From contig NC_043002.1 of the NCBI RefSeq assembly GCF_006345805.1, positions 45,012,001 through 45,076,000 of the forward strand: a stretch of 64,000 bases of DNA. Direction: 5' to 3'. Position 1 is the stretch's first letter, and each line of letters begins with the position of its first letter. This document shows, in pieces, positions 1 through 13,140 of the stretch. Below the pieces are notes generated by a model. The model ran no database searches, was not told the DNA's origin, and was given only the letters and a program-made list of their open reading frames with translations. Source of the stretch: Octopus sinensis. Its lineage: Eukaryota. The translations under genes and the position numbers were made by a program.

Positions 1-830
1 TACCATGGTAATGAACAAGTCTGACTACTTGGAAAAACTGGCAAGTCTTATAAGCGATGGTAGCTACGGCAAAGTAAAGAAAGACCCTATTTTGAAAACA
101 GAGAGGAAGTTGTCACAGATCTTGATCAAGAACAAGGATCACTTTACACCAATGAAGTATAGACAACTGACTCAACAATACAGTTAACTACTACACATGT
201 ACGGTCTTCATAAGATTCACAAGGATGGTATTCCATTAATACCTATAGTGAGTTATAGAGGTTTCAGCATGTCATCCATTGATCCGCTTCCTTGTGGATA
301 TAATCAGTTCATTAGCAGGAAAGTCAACATCGTACGTGAAGAATTCCACCCACTTCACAGAATTGATCAAGGATACCCCCATTAAATCAAACCAGATGGT
401 GAGTCTAGATGTGATAAGTCTGTTGAAGCACTATTGGTGATTCAAGAAAAACTAGTAACAGACACCCATCTAAAAGAACGTACTAGTATACCAATAAGAA
501 ACTTGATGGAAATGTTGACATTGTGTGTAGAAACTACCTACCTCAGTATGGACACTGATATATATCGACAAGAAGAGGTTTTCGCTATGGGTTCGCTATT
601 ATCATCGTTAATAGCTAATATATACATGGAATACTTTGAAAATTTGGCTTTAGACTTAACAGCACTAAAACCAACCCTATGGCTGCGATATGCCGATGAC
701 ACCTTCGTACTCTGGCCCTGTCAGGAAGATGTCTAAGTGCCGTTAGATCATGTGAACTCAATAAAGCCATCCATACAGTTCACAATGGAAAAAGAAAAAG
801 ACAATCAGCTAGCATTCCTGGATGTATTAA
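1..830 (+). pseudogene. Penelope-like element reverse transcriptase fragment, frameshifted
   Basis: Successive frames give KVKKDP, YGLHKIHKDGIPLIPIVS (cf. YGLPKIHK..PLRPIVS), AMGSLLSSLIANIYME, WLRYADDTF and VNSIKPSIQFTMEKEKDNQLAFLDV, all typical PLE RT motifs; stops and frameshifts between them. Confidence 0.85.
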
Positions 831-1100
831 AGGTCATGCCGTAGTTCTCTTCAATTTTTTTGCTCCAAGTATTCCAATACTGAGTTCGCGCAAAGTGAAG
901 CAAATTGTATTCCCATAGCTGTGCCTCGAATTTGGAGGTAGTTTTTTTCCATTGAAAAAGAATGCATTGTTTTCGTGGATGAGGTTGACCGCGTCTAGTA
1001 TTTAGGTTACAGTAAATGTACTGGGGATCGCTTGTCTATGTTTCTCGGCCCAATATTTTATGGCAGTAAGTCTAAATCATGTAGAATATTTGTATATAAG
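831..1100 (-). pseudogene. Second, different PLE RT fragment
   Basis: Reverse strand reads LYTNI.HDL..AIKYW and NNAFFFNGKNYLQIRGTAMG..FASLCANSVLEYLEQK with frameshifts. Confidence 0.75.
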
Positions 1101-1795
1101 TTTGTTATATATGTATGTGTGTATTTGTGTGTGTTTGTGTGTGTGTGTGTGCCAGTGCGTATTGTGAGTGCTTTACTTGCAGTGTTTGTGTGTTCGTTGT
1201 AAAACCTTTAATTTATACTTAAAATTATATTTTATAAATTATAAATACTTGCGCACATCAGAAAGTACACTATACAAGCAAATGAATGTGTGCTCCACAG
1301 ATGACGTCTTAGTTTATTTCAACATTGAGCAAAAATATCAAAAGCGCTCAATAAAATATTTAAAATGAATTAAAGGGATATCACTGCTCCGTAACGTCTA
1401 TGTCACACGGATTAACTATATTTGTAAAACTAAGGTGATACATTGCAAAAGAGAGCAAAATATTTTCATAAATACAAGAATATTAAGCACTTCTTTAACA
1501 GGCTGGAAAATGTCAAAATACATAATTACAGTTTAGCACCTGCGTTATATAAGGAAGCCAGCTGCCTTGGGATTTTACTAACTTAGCGATGTGAAAGTAG
1601 GAGTGAAAATTGATTGACATTTGTGTTCAGGGGCTCTTGGGAGTGTTCTTCCTGCTTAGCTATACTCCAATGAGAATATATTTCACATAATTTATAAAAA
1701 TCTACTTATTTAATCTATATATACATATATACATATATATACATACACACACACATATATATATATATATTATATATATATAGATAGATAGATAT

Positions 1796-1856
<61 letters not shown>

Positions 1857-1865
1857 TATAGATAT

Positions 1866-1933
1866 AAGGGAAAGTTTACGAAAATAAACAAAAGACGAAG
1901 GCAGGTGGTGTACAAACAAACAGATGTATTAGT
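1866..1933 (-). mobile_element. 3' tail fragment of the PLE-derived repeat seen at 60427-60525
   Basis: Reverse complement resembles ctaatgcacctgcttgttgtttatacacctgtctttgtcttttgtt at 60455-60500; embedded in TA/AG microsatellites. Confidence 0.6.
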
Positions 1934-1936
1934 ATA

Positions 1937-2631
<695 letters not shown>

Positions 2632-2800
2632 ACTCCAAGAAAATTAGGGGTTATGAATCCAACACACTAAGGGATAATATCTATACAATATACTGCTGGT
2701 AGAATACCCAGTTATTAATACAAGTGTTTTTTATTGCATTGCAATTACATTACCTAGTGTACTAAATGGGTGAAGGTAAAGAGATATTTTACCATTAATT

Positions 2801-3168
2801 TATATCGCAACTAAGAAAATGGAGGACAACAATAGGTGGTTCATCAACTTTTGGACATTAAAATGTTAACTTATTTATTTATTAAACTGATAATTATAAC
2901 ATACATACATGTAGCATATAGAATATTATTCTTTACATATAAGATATAAGATAAAACTTGAATATAAATTGGTAAATATTTTTTATAATAATTATCGGTA
3001 TCCTTATATATTAATATATTTTATATCTTATATCTTATATGTAAAGAATAATATGCTATATGCTATATGTATGTTATTATAATTATCAGTTTAATAAATA
3101 AATAAGTTAACATTTTAATGTCCAAAAGTTGATGAACAACCTATTGTTCTCCACCATTTTCTTGTTTG

Positions 3169-3175
<7 letters not shown>
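2801..3175. repeat. Fold-back palindrome, arms about 155 bp, spacer about 65 bp
   Basis: 2801-2955 (tatatcgcaactaagaaaatgg...ataagatataagataaaa) is the reverse complement of 3021-3175 with few mismatches. Confidence 0.9.
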
Positions 3176-3220
<45 letters not shown>

Positions 3221-3608
3221 CTAATATGTATATGTCGATTAGTGCGTTGAAGTGTTGAGTAGAGCACTGACACAGTTTGGGCTACCTGGTGTCATCCACA
3301 GTTGAGGAATATTTACTTTGGATCTACTTCAGGAACTCCGCAGTGTTAGTTGAGATAATGATAATTTATTAAGTAACCAGAAGATGAATTTGTTATAAAC
3401 TTCTATTTTGTACAACAGTCGCTCGACCCATCTTGCTACTGTCCCTTAAGGGTGGGACTCCGTTCAACATGTGTTGCATCCATTTTGCATTCTGAGTCTT
3501 ATTAGGTGCATTCACACATAAAATTGTGTCTCGTTTTAGGAATGGTGCGCTGTTTTCTTTTATGTCTTTTTTTTTAAGAGTCTTGTAACTCTTACATGTT
3601 TTATATAA

Positions 3609-3770
3609 GCGCAGGTGTGGGTGTGTGATAAGATGCTTGCTTCCCAACTATATGGTTCCGGGTTCAGTCCCACTGTGTGCACCTTGCGCTAGTGTTTTCT
3701 ACTATATCCTTGGGCCGACCAAAGTCTTGTGAGTGGGTTTGGTAGACGGAAACTATATGAAGCCCCTCGT
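3609..3770 (+). mobile_element. tRNA-derived SINE family A, 5' module
   Basis: ggttccgggttcagtccca box B-like head and gggccgaccaaag..ttgtgagtgg.tttggtagacggaaact body shared with 10830, 23552, 29519, 34816, 35232, 51904. Confidence 0.85.
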
Positions 3771-3776
3771 AATATA

Positions 3777-4298
3777 TGTGGTCTTATCAATAAGTATTCG
3801 GACTATTGCTATTGTAACTAAACTACAGCACGTAGAGTAAAGCCGTATGGTAAAGATTGATCTTGAACATTGCTGTTCATGCGCACTAAATTTTGACGTT
3901 CTAGCTTACTTCCGCTGTTTACAACAGTGCTTGGAAGGAAGGTCTGTAGCGTGTGATCGTCACATTAACTATGACAGAGGAAGTTGAGCAGAGAATCTCC
4001 ATCAAATTTTGAAAAACCTTGGCGATACCTGCTCAAAGTTTTCAAAAAGTTTTCATCGTTCTCAATACCGTCAAAGAGATCTTGTGCAACTGAAACCCGA
4101 GTGTCTATTTGGTCAGCTGAAATTAGTTTTAGTACAAACTTGGCAGACAAGCACTGCTGTAAGCAGCGGAAGTGAGCTACAATGTTAAAGCTAAGTGCAC
4201 ATCCACAGCACAAGATCAATTTTTTCAAGCGGCTTCACTCTGTGTGCTTTAGCTTCGTTTCTATGGCATCAGTCCAGACCCTTTTTGATTAGACCTCG
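3777..4298. mobile_element. Non-autonomous mariner derivative made of two inverted 5' ends
   Basis: Flanked by TA; long imperfect TIRs (tgtggtcttatcaataag / cgaggtctaatcaaaaag); transposase N-terminus MTEEVEQRISIKF on + and VSAKFVLKLISADQIDTRVSVAQDL..ENDENFLKT on -. Confidence 0.8.
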
Positions 4299-4356
4299 TA
4301 TATATATATATATATATATATAATATAAATTAGAGATAAAATCACTATTGTGCAAA

Positions 4357-4532
4357 TTTAGGTTAAAGTAGCAACGTTAGGGTCAAATAAATAGTTCAAT
4401 AAATGTGGTTCTTTTAAGATGTCCATCTAACTGCAATTGTTGTTTCTGTATTTGTTAGGTAGGTTGGAAAGAGTATGTACATAATTGATTTGGGACATTA
4501 AGTACTGAGAAAAGAAAGAGAGTGAGGGAGAT
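4357..4532 (-). repeat. Inverted copy of 9043-9217
   Basis: About 175 bp reverse-complement match with roughly a dozen differences. Confidence 0.9.
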
Positions 4533-4539
4533 CCAACGT

Positions 4540-6040
4540 AACCATATTTATATATTTGAAATAAAAAATTTGTATAAGATTATTAGAGAATATACAGTAA
4601 ATAGTAGTTATATAAATTATTTTAATTTATGGAGATTTGAGTATAATTTATCGTAGTTAATTCTAAATTTTAGTTTTCTAGTGAAAGATATTATAGTGTA
4701 TCGTGATTCTATTCTCTATTAGTGACTTTATTCTCTTTATCTATTAAAGCTAAAAGATATTCGTAGTTTTCATTGATAAAATGTATATTTCCATCTTTTT
4801 GTTCTATTCCTGTAAACAATGTAATTCCACGAGGTTTTATAAACGCTTAATAAGACGTTTACCGTTTTGAAATTTTTTAGTTAAAGATACGCTTTTTGAA
4901 AATTAAGTAAACTTTTTTTATTTAAGAAATATTATTGCACTCTATATAACTATTGATTGTTAAATATGAATTTATAATTTTTATATATCTGTTAATGATA
5001 ATTTAGATATATGCATTTATTTAATTATTATTAGTTTATAATTATTATATCTGAACGTAAATTTTAAGATATTAGTTAGTCATTTTGCGATCTAGATTGA
5101 AAAATAATAGTAATAATAATTATTTTATAAAGATAGGTTATACGTTTTTATTTTGGAATTGTTCAATTCTTAAATTGTATTTCATAAATTTCTTCTAAAG
5201 ATATCTATAATATTTATGTAAATAATAATGGACTAATTTATTTATTGGTTATATGTTTATATGTTTATTGATAGAAAAAAATAAAGATTTTTAATTACTA
5301 TATTTGTTGATTATAATTTAGATACTTATTTTTATGTATTTGTTATTTTATAATTATTATATGTGAGCTAAAATCTAAGAATATTAAGAGTGAATGTTTT
5401 GTTAAATAGATTGGTAATTAAATATTGGAGTATAAGTAGGTTAAAGGTATTCTATAGTTTATTAATGTTTTTTAAGCTAAATTATATCTTCACAGATAAA
5501 TACATTTTTCTATCTATTTACTCTATTTTTTTTACCTTAAATATTTAACATAATAAATGTATTGTAGGAAACTGATCCTAATGTTTTAAGTTTCAAATTT
5601 AGTTAATGGAGTTTCTTCTATAAGAAAAATTATTATGTTATTTATTTTTTAAATAAATATTATTTAGCTCTATTTGCTTATTTATTTAACTATTATTGTT
5701 AACCTGAAGATTGACCATAATTTTAAATTGAATTCATTTCAATTAGATTTAAATTTAATTGTAATTTGAATTTAATTATAGCCATGAAACGTACGTAGTT
5801 TTTTTTAGTTATTATATATTGATTATTCATTTTTATACTATTTGTGATCCAGTTATATGTTTTATAAAATATTTTTTATTTGTTATTTATGTTTTGGTTT
5901 ATGTCTATCATTGTTTGAATTGTATATTAGTGGTTTTATCTCTAATTTATATTTTATGTATTTATATTGTGAAATTTGATTTCATACTAAATTGAATTTT
6001 TCCCTGTAAATTTGGAGTTATACAACCTAATATTATATAT
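4540..6040 (+). mobile_element. Highly degenerate 3' part of a PLE (RT thumb region to pLTR tail)
   Basis: Broken frames resembling the PLE RT C-terminal region (NVIPRGFI.RLIRRL, KEILLHS); contains a hammerhead motif at 5701-5800 and tail agtggttttatctctaatttata; ends at microsatellite. Confidence 0.55.
5701..5800 (+). ncRNA. Type I hammerhead ribozyme motif with long AU-rich stem II
   Basis: AAC-CUGAAGA-[U-UGACCAUAAUU...AAUUAUAGCCA-U]-GAAAC-GUAC-GUA-GUU: intact core, stem I AAC/GUU, palindromic loop III GUAC; predicted cleavage after A5797. Confidence 0.75.
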
Positions 6041-6041
6041 A

Positions 6042-6073
<32 letters not shown>

Positions 6074-6343
6074 TGTGTATGTATGTATGTATGAATGTAA
6101 TGTAATGTAATGTAATGTATGTATGTATGTATGTATGTATGTATGTATGTATGTATGTATGTATGTATGTATGTATGTATGTGTGTGTGTATGTATGTAT
6201 GTATGGTTGTATGTTTGTAACAAGCATATTGTCTACTCGGCTAAATCCGTTGCAAATTTTGGATGGGTTTAACTAGTCAATCGGTGTTTGAGCCACAGTT
6301 TTTATCCCAACGCAGAAATATTCTCTTCCTACTTAGCATCTAT

Positions 6344-6525
6344 TATATAAGGAAGGTCCCTTACGCTACAGAGCAGAGAGAGAAGAGAGAAGCAATATCA
6401 CAAGCCAAGCGGACGTCTTCCTGTTTTTTCATGTTGCCGACGCTTACCAACACACAGAACAACGCTCCCCAGCACACAAAACCAAGCCATGGATTACCAA
6501 ACCAGTTACTTCTCAATATGTAAGT
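6344..6525 (+). promoter_or_regulatory. Candidate TATA promoter and first exon
   Basis: TATATAAG at 6344, gccATGg Kozak context at 6489 (MDYQTSYFSI), GTAAGT donor at 6520; non-repetitive sequence. Confidence 0.35.
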
Positions 6526-6724
6526 CATTTGCCATGTGTTTTTATAGCAGTTGCAATAAAAAACAGTCGCATTAAATTTATCTGGTTCTTCTTGCCATTA
6601 GTTTATCCACTATCACTCCAGGCACTAAGGCTAGACCAATTAATGCATAACCAACACGCAGTTCCATCCAGATGAACCGGCCACAATTAACTTAACCAAA
6701 GCTCATAGCCAACTGCCGCTATTT

Positions 6725-6935
6725 GTGCGTGTGTGTTTGTGTTTGTCCCCCACCGGCACTAGACAAGCAGCGTTGCTGAGTTTACATAGCGGTTCGGCAA
6801 AAGAGGCCAACAGAATGAGTACTAGGCATTAAAAAATGTTTTAAGGCACTGGATACGATTCATTCGGCTAAAATTTTCCAAGTATGGGCCTCCACATGGC
6901 TACAATCTAATGACTGAAACCAGTAAAAGAATAAA
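6725..6935 (+). mobile_element. SINE family A 3' module
   Basis: agcggttcggcaaaagag..agaatgagtactaggc...ccacatggc...aatgactgaaac..taaaagaata, shared with 12992, 27795, 35045. Confidence 0.8.
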
Positions 6936-7111
6936 ATAATATACGTTCGTAGAAACGAAAGTTTCATTTATTTAAAGATCAGTGTCTATCACCAGAAGCA
7001 CTTTCTAATAAATAAGCTATGTTATACAGGAATAGGACACAACATAAAGTGATAAGAATCGTATATTTACGTCTATCTCTCAGTAGTGTGATAAGGTGGC
7101 TCGAATGCTTT

Positions 7112-7256
7112 CAATTTGATTTTTTATGCATAGAAGTTATGCATGTACATATATATATATATATATATACAATTTGATATTTTTATGAATATAAGTTATA
7201 CATGTACATATATATATATATATTCAATTTTATGCATAGAAGTTATATATGTATGT

Positions 7257-7320
<64 letters not shown>
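7112..7320. repeat. Three-unit minisatellite with expanding (TA)n
   Basis: caattt...ttttatgcatagaagttat.catgtacata(ta)n repeated three times. Confidence 0.8.
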
Positions 7321-7325
<5 letters not shown>

Positions 7326-7642
7326 GTGATTAAATAACACTTGAAGCAAACGTGATAAAACGATTCCAACAAGTATTGCCAATCGATAACCCAAGAATTA
7401 ACCACTATTTTATAATCACTATTTTGCACAGAAAAGTTAGCAAACTTTCGTCCCTTTCAAGAAGTGTCGATAAGAAAACATATTTAAAATAATCTTACTT
7501 CGACAAAAAATTTTTTTTATTCATCTCCATTTTTCAAATTTCATCAAGAGTATATATTTTAATTGTAGATATAGTATACTTTGCAAAACCCCAATTTTAT
7601 AAGTACTGTCCTGTAAAACCTTCTAGTGGTTCGTGCGTGTGT

Positions 7643-7678
<36 letters not shown>

Positions 7679-10234
7679 GTGTGTGCGTGTGCGGCGTTTA
7701 CGATGACAGATCGTTTAGGAATATATTCATACAACTAATACATTTTCATAAGTGATTATATTTAACAAATGGTTTTAAAAGTTTCCTGAACATGATTTTC
7801 CTTTAGAATTGAATGTAATTTCTTAATAACACACCAAACCCGTAACTAAATGATGGAATGTAGAGAATATAGTTACTCTTTCCAAAATTTATCTCGAACA
7901 GACACAACGAAACCACTTTCTCTCTAAAAATCCGATTAATCACAAGAAAAGATGGAATTTGTTTATGTCGAATATTTTGAATATTGTCAACTTTTCAGAC
8001 AGCAAACAAATGTTTGATTCTTTGCAAAAATTACAGAGAACTACTTAGTAAATTAATTTCAGAAATTTAATGAAATAGTGCGTATTAAGTATTTTCGAGG
8101 TCAAAATAGTATTAGCATGGTAGTCGAAGGGTCATCTGTCACTAACTCACACCCGTGTCTATAGTTGAAACTTTTAATTGAGGTACAGAGTGAGGGTACT
8201 CAACAGAATCACTAGAAAATCGATGATTATTTACTTATTTTTCCTAAATTGGTGAAATTTTGCTCAAATTCTACGATAGTTGTTGTAAGTTTGAAAGATA
8301 TGGTTTTTATTAGAATTTCTTTAATACAATAATAAAATATTTAAAAAAAACAAGGCTTCACTCAATGACCCATAAAACGTAACATTGATAACCTTACTAT
8401 CATATAAACTCCAGTATGAAGATTTTTTTTAGAAGTTTACTTAATTATAAAACGGCATTGTATCCGTTATATACATACTTCAACAAACAACAGGACCACT
8501 ATATAAATTACGTGCACTCATTTATTTTTTCTTCACAGCTTGAAATCAACGTGGCTTTTCAACGGTGACTGGTATAGCTTGTCTGGGGAAATCAAGTTAT
8601 TTGTCACACACTTCCTATCTGATTTAATCTAACTGATCGTCAATAATTGCTTCTGCGGTAACTTTTATATATTCTGGGATGAGATAAAGCAATTAACAAC
8701 GTGGAAGATTCATTTTAGCAATTCAAAAACACACAGAAACTGTTAAATTCCCTAAATCATTTATCACGTAGTGTCAAAATTTTCGATCCGGTCACTGACA
8801 ATGTTTCGTTGTAACTTCTTTGAAACTTGGTTGTTGGTCATTTAATAATTATTGGCCACAAGATTTTAAATATTTTTTTCTTTTTTCCTTTTATTCTGTA
8901 TTGTTCAAGCATTCAGGTTGTCATCACGAGGTGTTTATTGTAGGTCGATTAGTTTTGGTCTTGGTTGAATTCATGAAAGTATGTGATTTCTCTATGTCGT
9001 TCTATCTCTCTCCCTCTCTTCCACCCTCTCTTCCCCCCTCTCTCTCCCTCACTCTCTTTCTCTTCTCACTACTTAATGTCCGAAATCAATTATGTACATA
9101 CTCTTTCCAACTTACCTAACAAATAAAGAAACAACAATTGCAGGTAGGTGGACATCTTAAAAGAACCACCTTTATTGAACTATTTATTTGACCCTAACGT
9201 TGCTACCTTAACCTAAAATTACAAAGTGAATCGATCGATTGGAAGGAGCTCAGAGATTTGTAATGAAAAATGCTTGCTGTCCAACAGATCTTTTATAAAC
9301 ATTTTGCAGATGAATAAATGCTAAATGTAACGCGTTGAACAAGATTGCAGACCTGAATATATGAGAATAAAATACCGCAGCTAAACAACATTAATTGTTT
9401 TGTTCTTAATATTTTATGAAACAAAGTTTCGTCAATATCTTAATTACTATCATATGAATGCTAATTAAATACATTTTAATTACTATGTTTACAGAATTCA
9501 GAATCATTTAACACTGTTCAATGAAGTTCTACAACAAATTCAACCGTTAATTTTGAAGAAAATAACGCATAGAAAGCACGGACTCCGTTTGCTAAGCAAT
9601 ATCTTAAAATAATAAAAGTAGGCAAGTTCGATAAGTTGACTTATTTATCTATTTATTTTATTTTATATCGCAATTTTGTGAACAAAAGCGTTGTTGGTCA
9701 GATGGTTTGTAACGAATCAATAACCGATTCACTGAATATCTAGCAGTGAAATTAACATGGGAATGATTGTAATTCGATGCATCTCCTGACACTTTGCCTG
9801 TAGCACGGCATTTTACCATATATCAGCAAAAGATTTAACATAGATAAAGATACACATATGTAAATAAATAAATATATAAATATATGTGTATGTATATGTG
9901 TGTATGTGGGGGGGGGGGCACAAGATAGCCGAAAGAGTAAGAAATTCACTTCACAACCACGAGGTTCCGTTGCTCGACATTTTGGTCGAATATTTTTTAC
10001 AGCCTCGGTCAACCAACACCTGGATAAGATTCAGGAGACAAGAACCGCAAATGGATTGTACCTGTGCTTCAATAGCACATCCTTAACACATACTGTGTCA
10101 TGCTATTCTGCCTTAGATTTACGTTAAGAGTACACATGTCTGTGGAATGTTCAGGCATTTATATGATACATTAATTCAGAATCAAGCAATTCAGTTGAAT
10201 TCTCATAGTCGAACGACAAATATTCACCACGAGA

Positions 10235-10450
10235 CAGACAGACAGACAGACAGAGAGATAGACTGACAGAGCAATAATTAGACAGACGGACGGATGGACG
10301 GACAGACAGACAGACAGACAGACGGACGGACGGACGGACGGATGGTTGGATGGATGGATGAATACATACATACATTCATACAGACATACATACATAAATA
10401 CATACATACATACATACATACATACATACATACATACATACATACATAAT
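10235..10450. repeat. Compound microsatellite (GACA)(GGAC)(GGAT)(TACA)
   Basis: Direct reading. Confidence 0.95.
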
Positions 10451-10829
10451 ATCAACAAAATACATGCATTGAAGAGACTTTTACAAGTCGTGGTGCAGTG
10501 AGCTCAAAGTCAGAACTACTTGGTTGCAAAACGAAATGCTCAAATATATATCTATGCCAGCGCCGAACTTATATTTAATAATAGGATATGTAAAATCTGT
10601 TTTTTCAAACTTCCTTTTCGGGAGAATTACGTTGCTTGTGCTGGAAGCAATAAATTAAAGCAACTTTGATTGAAGAAGTAATGTGATGGTCAAGAAATAG
10701 GTAATATAAAGGGTCAAATCGAAAGGAATTCGAGCCAAACGGAGGCAGATAGGCTGTGGTTTGGTTAGTGAGGTTGAAACGCTTCCTTGACAGTATTATA
10801 ATCGATTTTATAATACAAAATCCTAAACA

Positions 10830-13140
10830 GGTGCAGGCAAGGCTGTGTATTAAGAAGCCTACTTCTCAACCACATGGTTCCGCGTTCAGTCCCAGTGCGT
10901 GATACCTTGGGCAAATGCTTTGTACTATAGCCTCGGGCCGACCAAAGACTTGTGGGTGGATTTGGTAGACCGAAGCTGAGAGAATCCCGTCGTAGATTGT
11001 GTGTTTGTGCGCACGCGCGCATATGTATATATCTATGTGTGTGTCTTTTTGTCTGTGTTTGTCTTGGAGGTATTGGAGTGTATACATCTCAATTACGGTG
11101 TCCGGTCACTTCGTCGACGCCAATTTGTCGTCGTTTAATTTGTTCCCAGACAATTTGTCGTTGGGCAATTCGTCCCCAGGTCAATTCGTCGAGATCATAC
11201 GAGAAATGGAAGAACGAATATCTGAATTTTAAAAAGAAAGCGTTTATTTTAAGGTTTGCTTTATTACATATCTATTTTTTCTTAAAATTTATGATTGTGT
11301 GCAATTGCATTTAGAAAAATAATTTTGACTTGTATTATATTTTTCAATTACATTTTTATACGCATGTTCATATCTCTGTATTTTCCTTTCGGCTTGGTTC
11401 TTCTCCTTCCATAAACTTCTTCAATTTGGTACTAGCAAACCTTTTCTCACACTTAATCACATAAATAAGTTACCAAATATTTGGATAACTAATATTCACT
11501 GTGTTTTTCAGCGCGCCGTGGTAGGCTTCTAAACTATTTTTAGTACGAGCAATCCCCGTCATATATCCATTCTATTAAAGGCACAAGGCCTGAAATCCCC
11601 GTCATACATCGATCCCAAACATTCCATAAAGCTAATGGAAATGGAGGTACAAGGCGTCGCTTCCTCTGTCCGCTTCCTCTAGGTAATCCTATATAATCTT
11701 TTTCAAAATAAGATATAATCGACAGAGGAATATCATCATCATCTACAAGTTATTCATATCCGTCTACGAAATCATCGACCAGGAAGACAAGGGCAACAAA
11801 ACACCTCATTTTTAAACTAACATTATCATCTTTATGATATCTGCATTTTATTCCTTGCACAACATGCTTGTATACATTTTGTCCTAAATGAAACAAGCAG
11901 CATGCCAAATTCGACCCATGAAACAATTCTAGTTATCCGTTATGGGTTGCTTTTTCGAAATCCATAATTATATTATCAGGTCCCTCATTCTGCAGTAATT
12001 CATTTATTTTGGCAAAAAAGTCTACTATATGTGTCTTGACTTTTGTAAGAAAGCAATGCGAACAATTGTGAAGCATTAAAATTATCAATTTGAATGTGAA
12101 GTATATATAACTAAAAAAATATAGTAGAACAGCACTTAAATGTTCCAAATGCCGCCCAGCTCTTGTGTTGTTTTAACTGTCGAAGTGTTTCATCACTTAC
12201 AAATATTAGTATTCGTTTTGAATCTGCCATCCTGCTGTGATACTGTAAAAACGTTTCATCATTGTCAAGATAGGAGTATTTATTTGGAATGGAAAACCCA
12301 ACATTTGTTAGTGGGGTGGCAGGATAGTTGGAATCGGCTTGCCTCCAACGTCTAATATTCCTATTAAACTGTGCAAACGGAGGTATTTGTAACAATGTAC
12401 AGTCGTTTAAATTCTGAACTTCACTAGCGATAATTGAGCGAGGGGCATCACAAGACGAAATAGTCTTTAATATTTGAAACTATTATCCTTGTATTTACCT
12501 CTGCAGAAGCGTGATTATGGATCCCAGTCTTCTTAAGCTCTTTATAATTTTCATCAGTATGAAGTCTCGGTTTTTGCACCTCTAGTATAACTTCAATCCA
12601 TCTGCATTATGTTTATTTTTTTGTGCATTATGTTTATTTTCTTGATCGACCAGTTTGATTTTTCCTTTCTCTGAAGTTATGGTCTTGCAGGTAGTCAAGT
12701 TGATGGGTAGGTGTATTGAATACATTTAATTCGATTTGCTTGAAAATTTCTGTTCATAAATTGTTCAGCACAGACACTTAAGGGAGAGAGAGAGAAGGTT
12801 AAAGAAAGGGAAAATATCTAAAACTGTCCGACAATTTTAATTCTAAAGTGATTGTTCTAATCTTTCCCTCAAAAGTCACATTTAAGAGAATTTTGAGACG
12901 AATTGGCCTGGGGGTGAATTGATCAACGTCGAATTGACCAGGGACAAATTAACCGACAATGAAATAACCGGGGTCGAATTGTCCTAGAACCCCCGTAATC
13001 TAGCGGTTCGGCAAAAGAGGTCGATGGAATAAGTACCAAACTTAAAGTATAATGGTACTGGGGTTGATTTCCTTGACAAAACCCTTCAAGTGGTGCCCCA
13101 GCATGACTGTAGTGTAATGACTAAAGCAAGTAAAAGATAA
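10830..13140 (+). mobile_element. SINE family A copy split by a MULE insertion (10830-11096 and 12992-13140)
   Basis: 5' module, TG tract and gtgtatacatc on the left continue as cccgtaatctagcggttcggcaaaagag on the right, as in the intact copy at 34816-35190. Confidence 0.75.
11097..12991 (-). mobile_element. MULE (Mutator-like) DNA transposon relic
   Basis: Termini ggtgtccggtcac / gtcctagaacc with about 15-bp subterminal repeats (caatt(t/c)gtc); minus frames include FLQYHSRMADSKRILIFVSDETL, WAAFGTFKCC, GPDNIIMDFEKA, similar to MULE transposase (DGTF and DFE regions). Confidence 0.75.

Noticed and set aside
4540-5950. Apparent C depletion (deaminase hypermutation) in the decayed PLE
   Set aside because: Cannot be separated from native AT richness without a consensus; the HHR stem mismatches are not C-to-T.
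11088-13000. 9-bp TSD for the first MULE
   Set aside because: ctcaattac versus cccgtaatc match too poorly to call.
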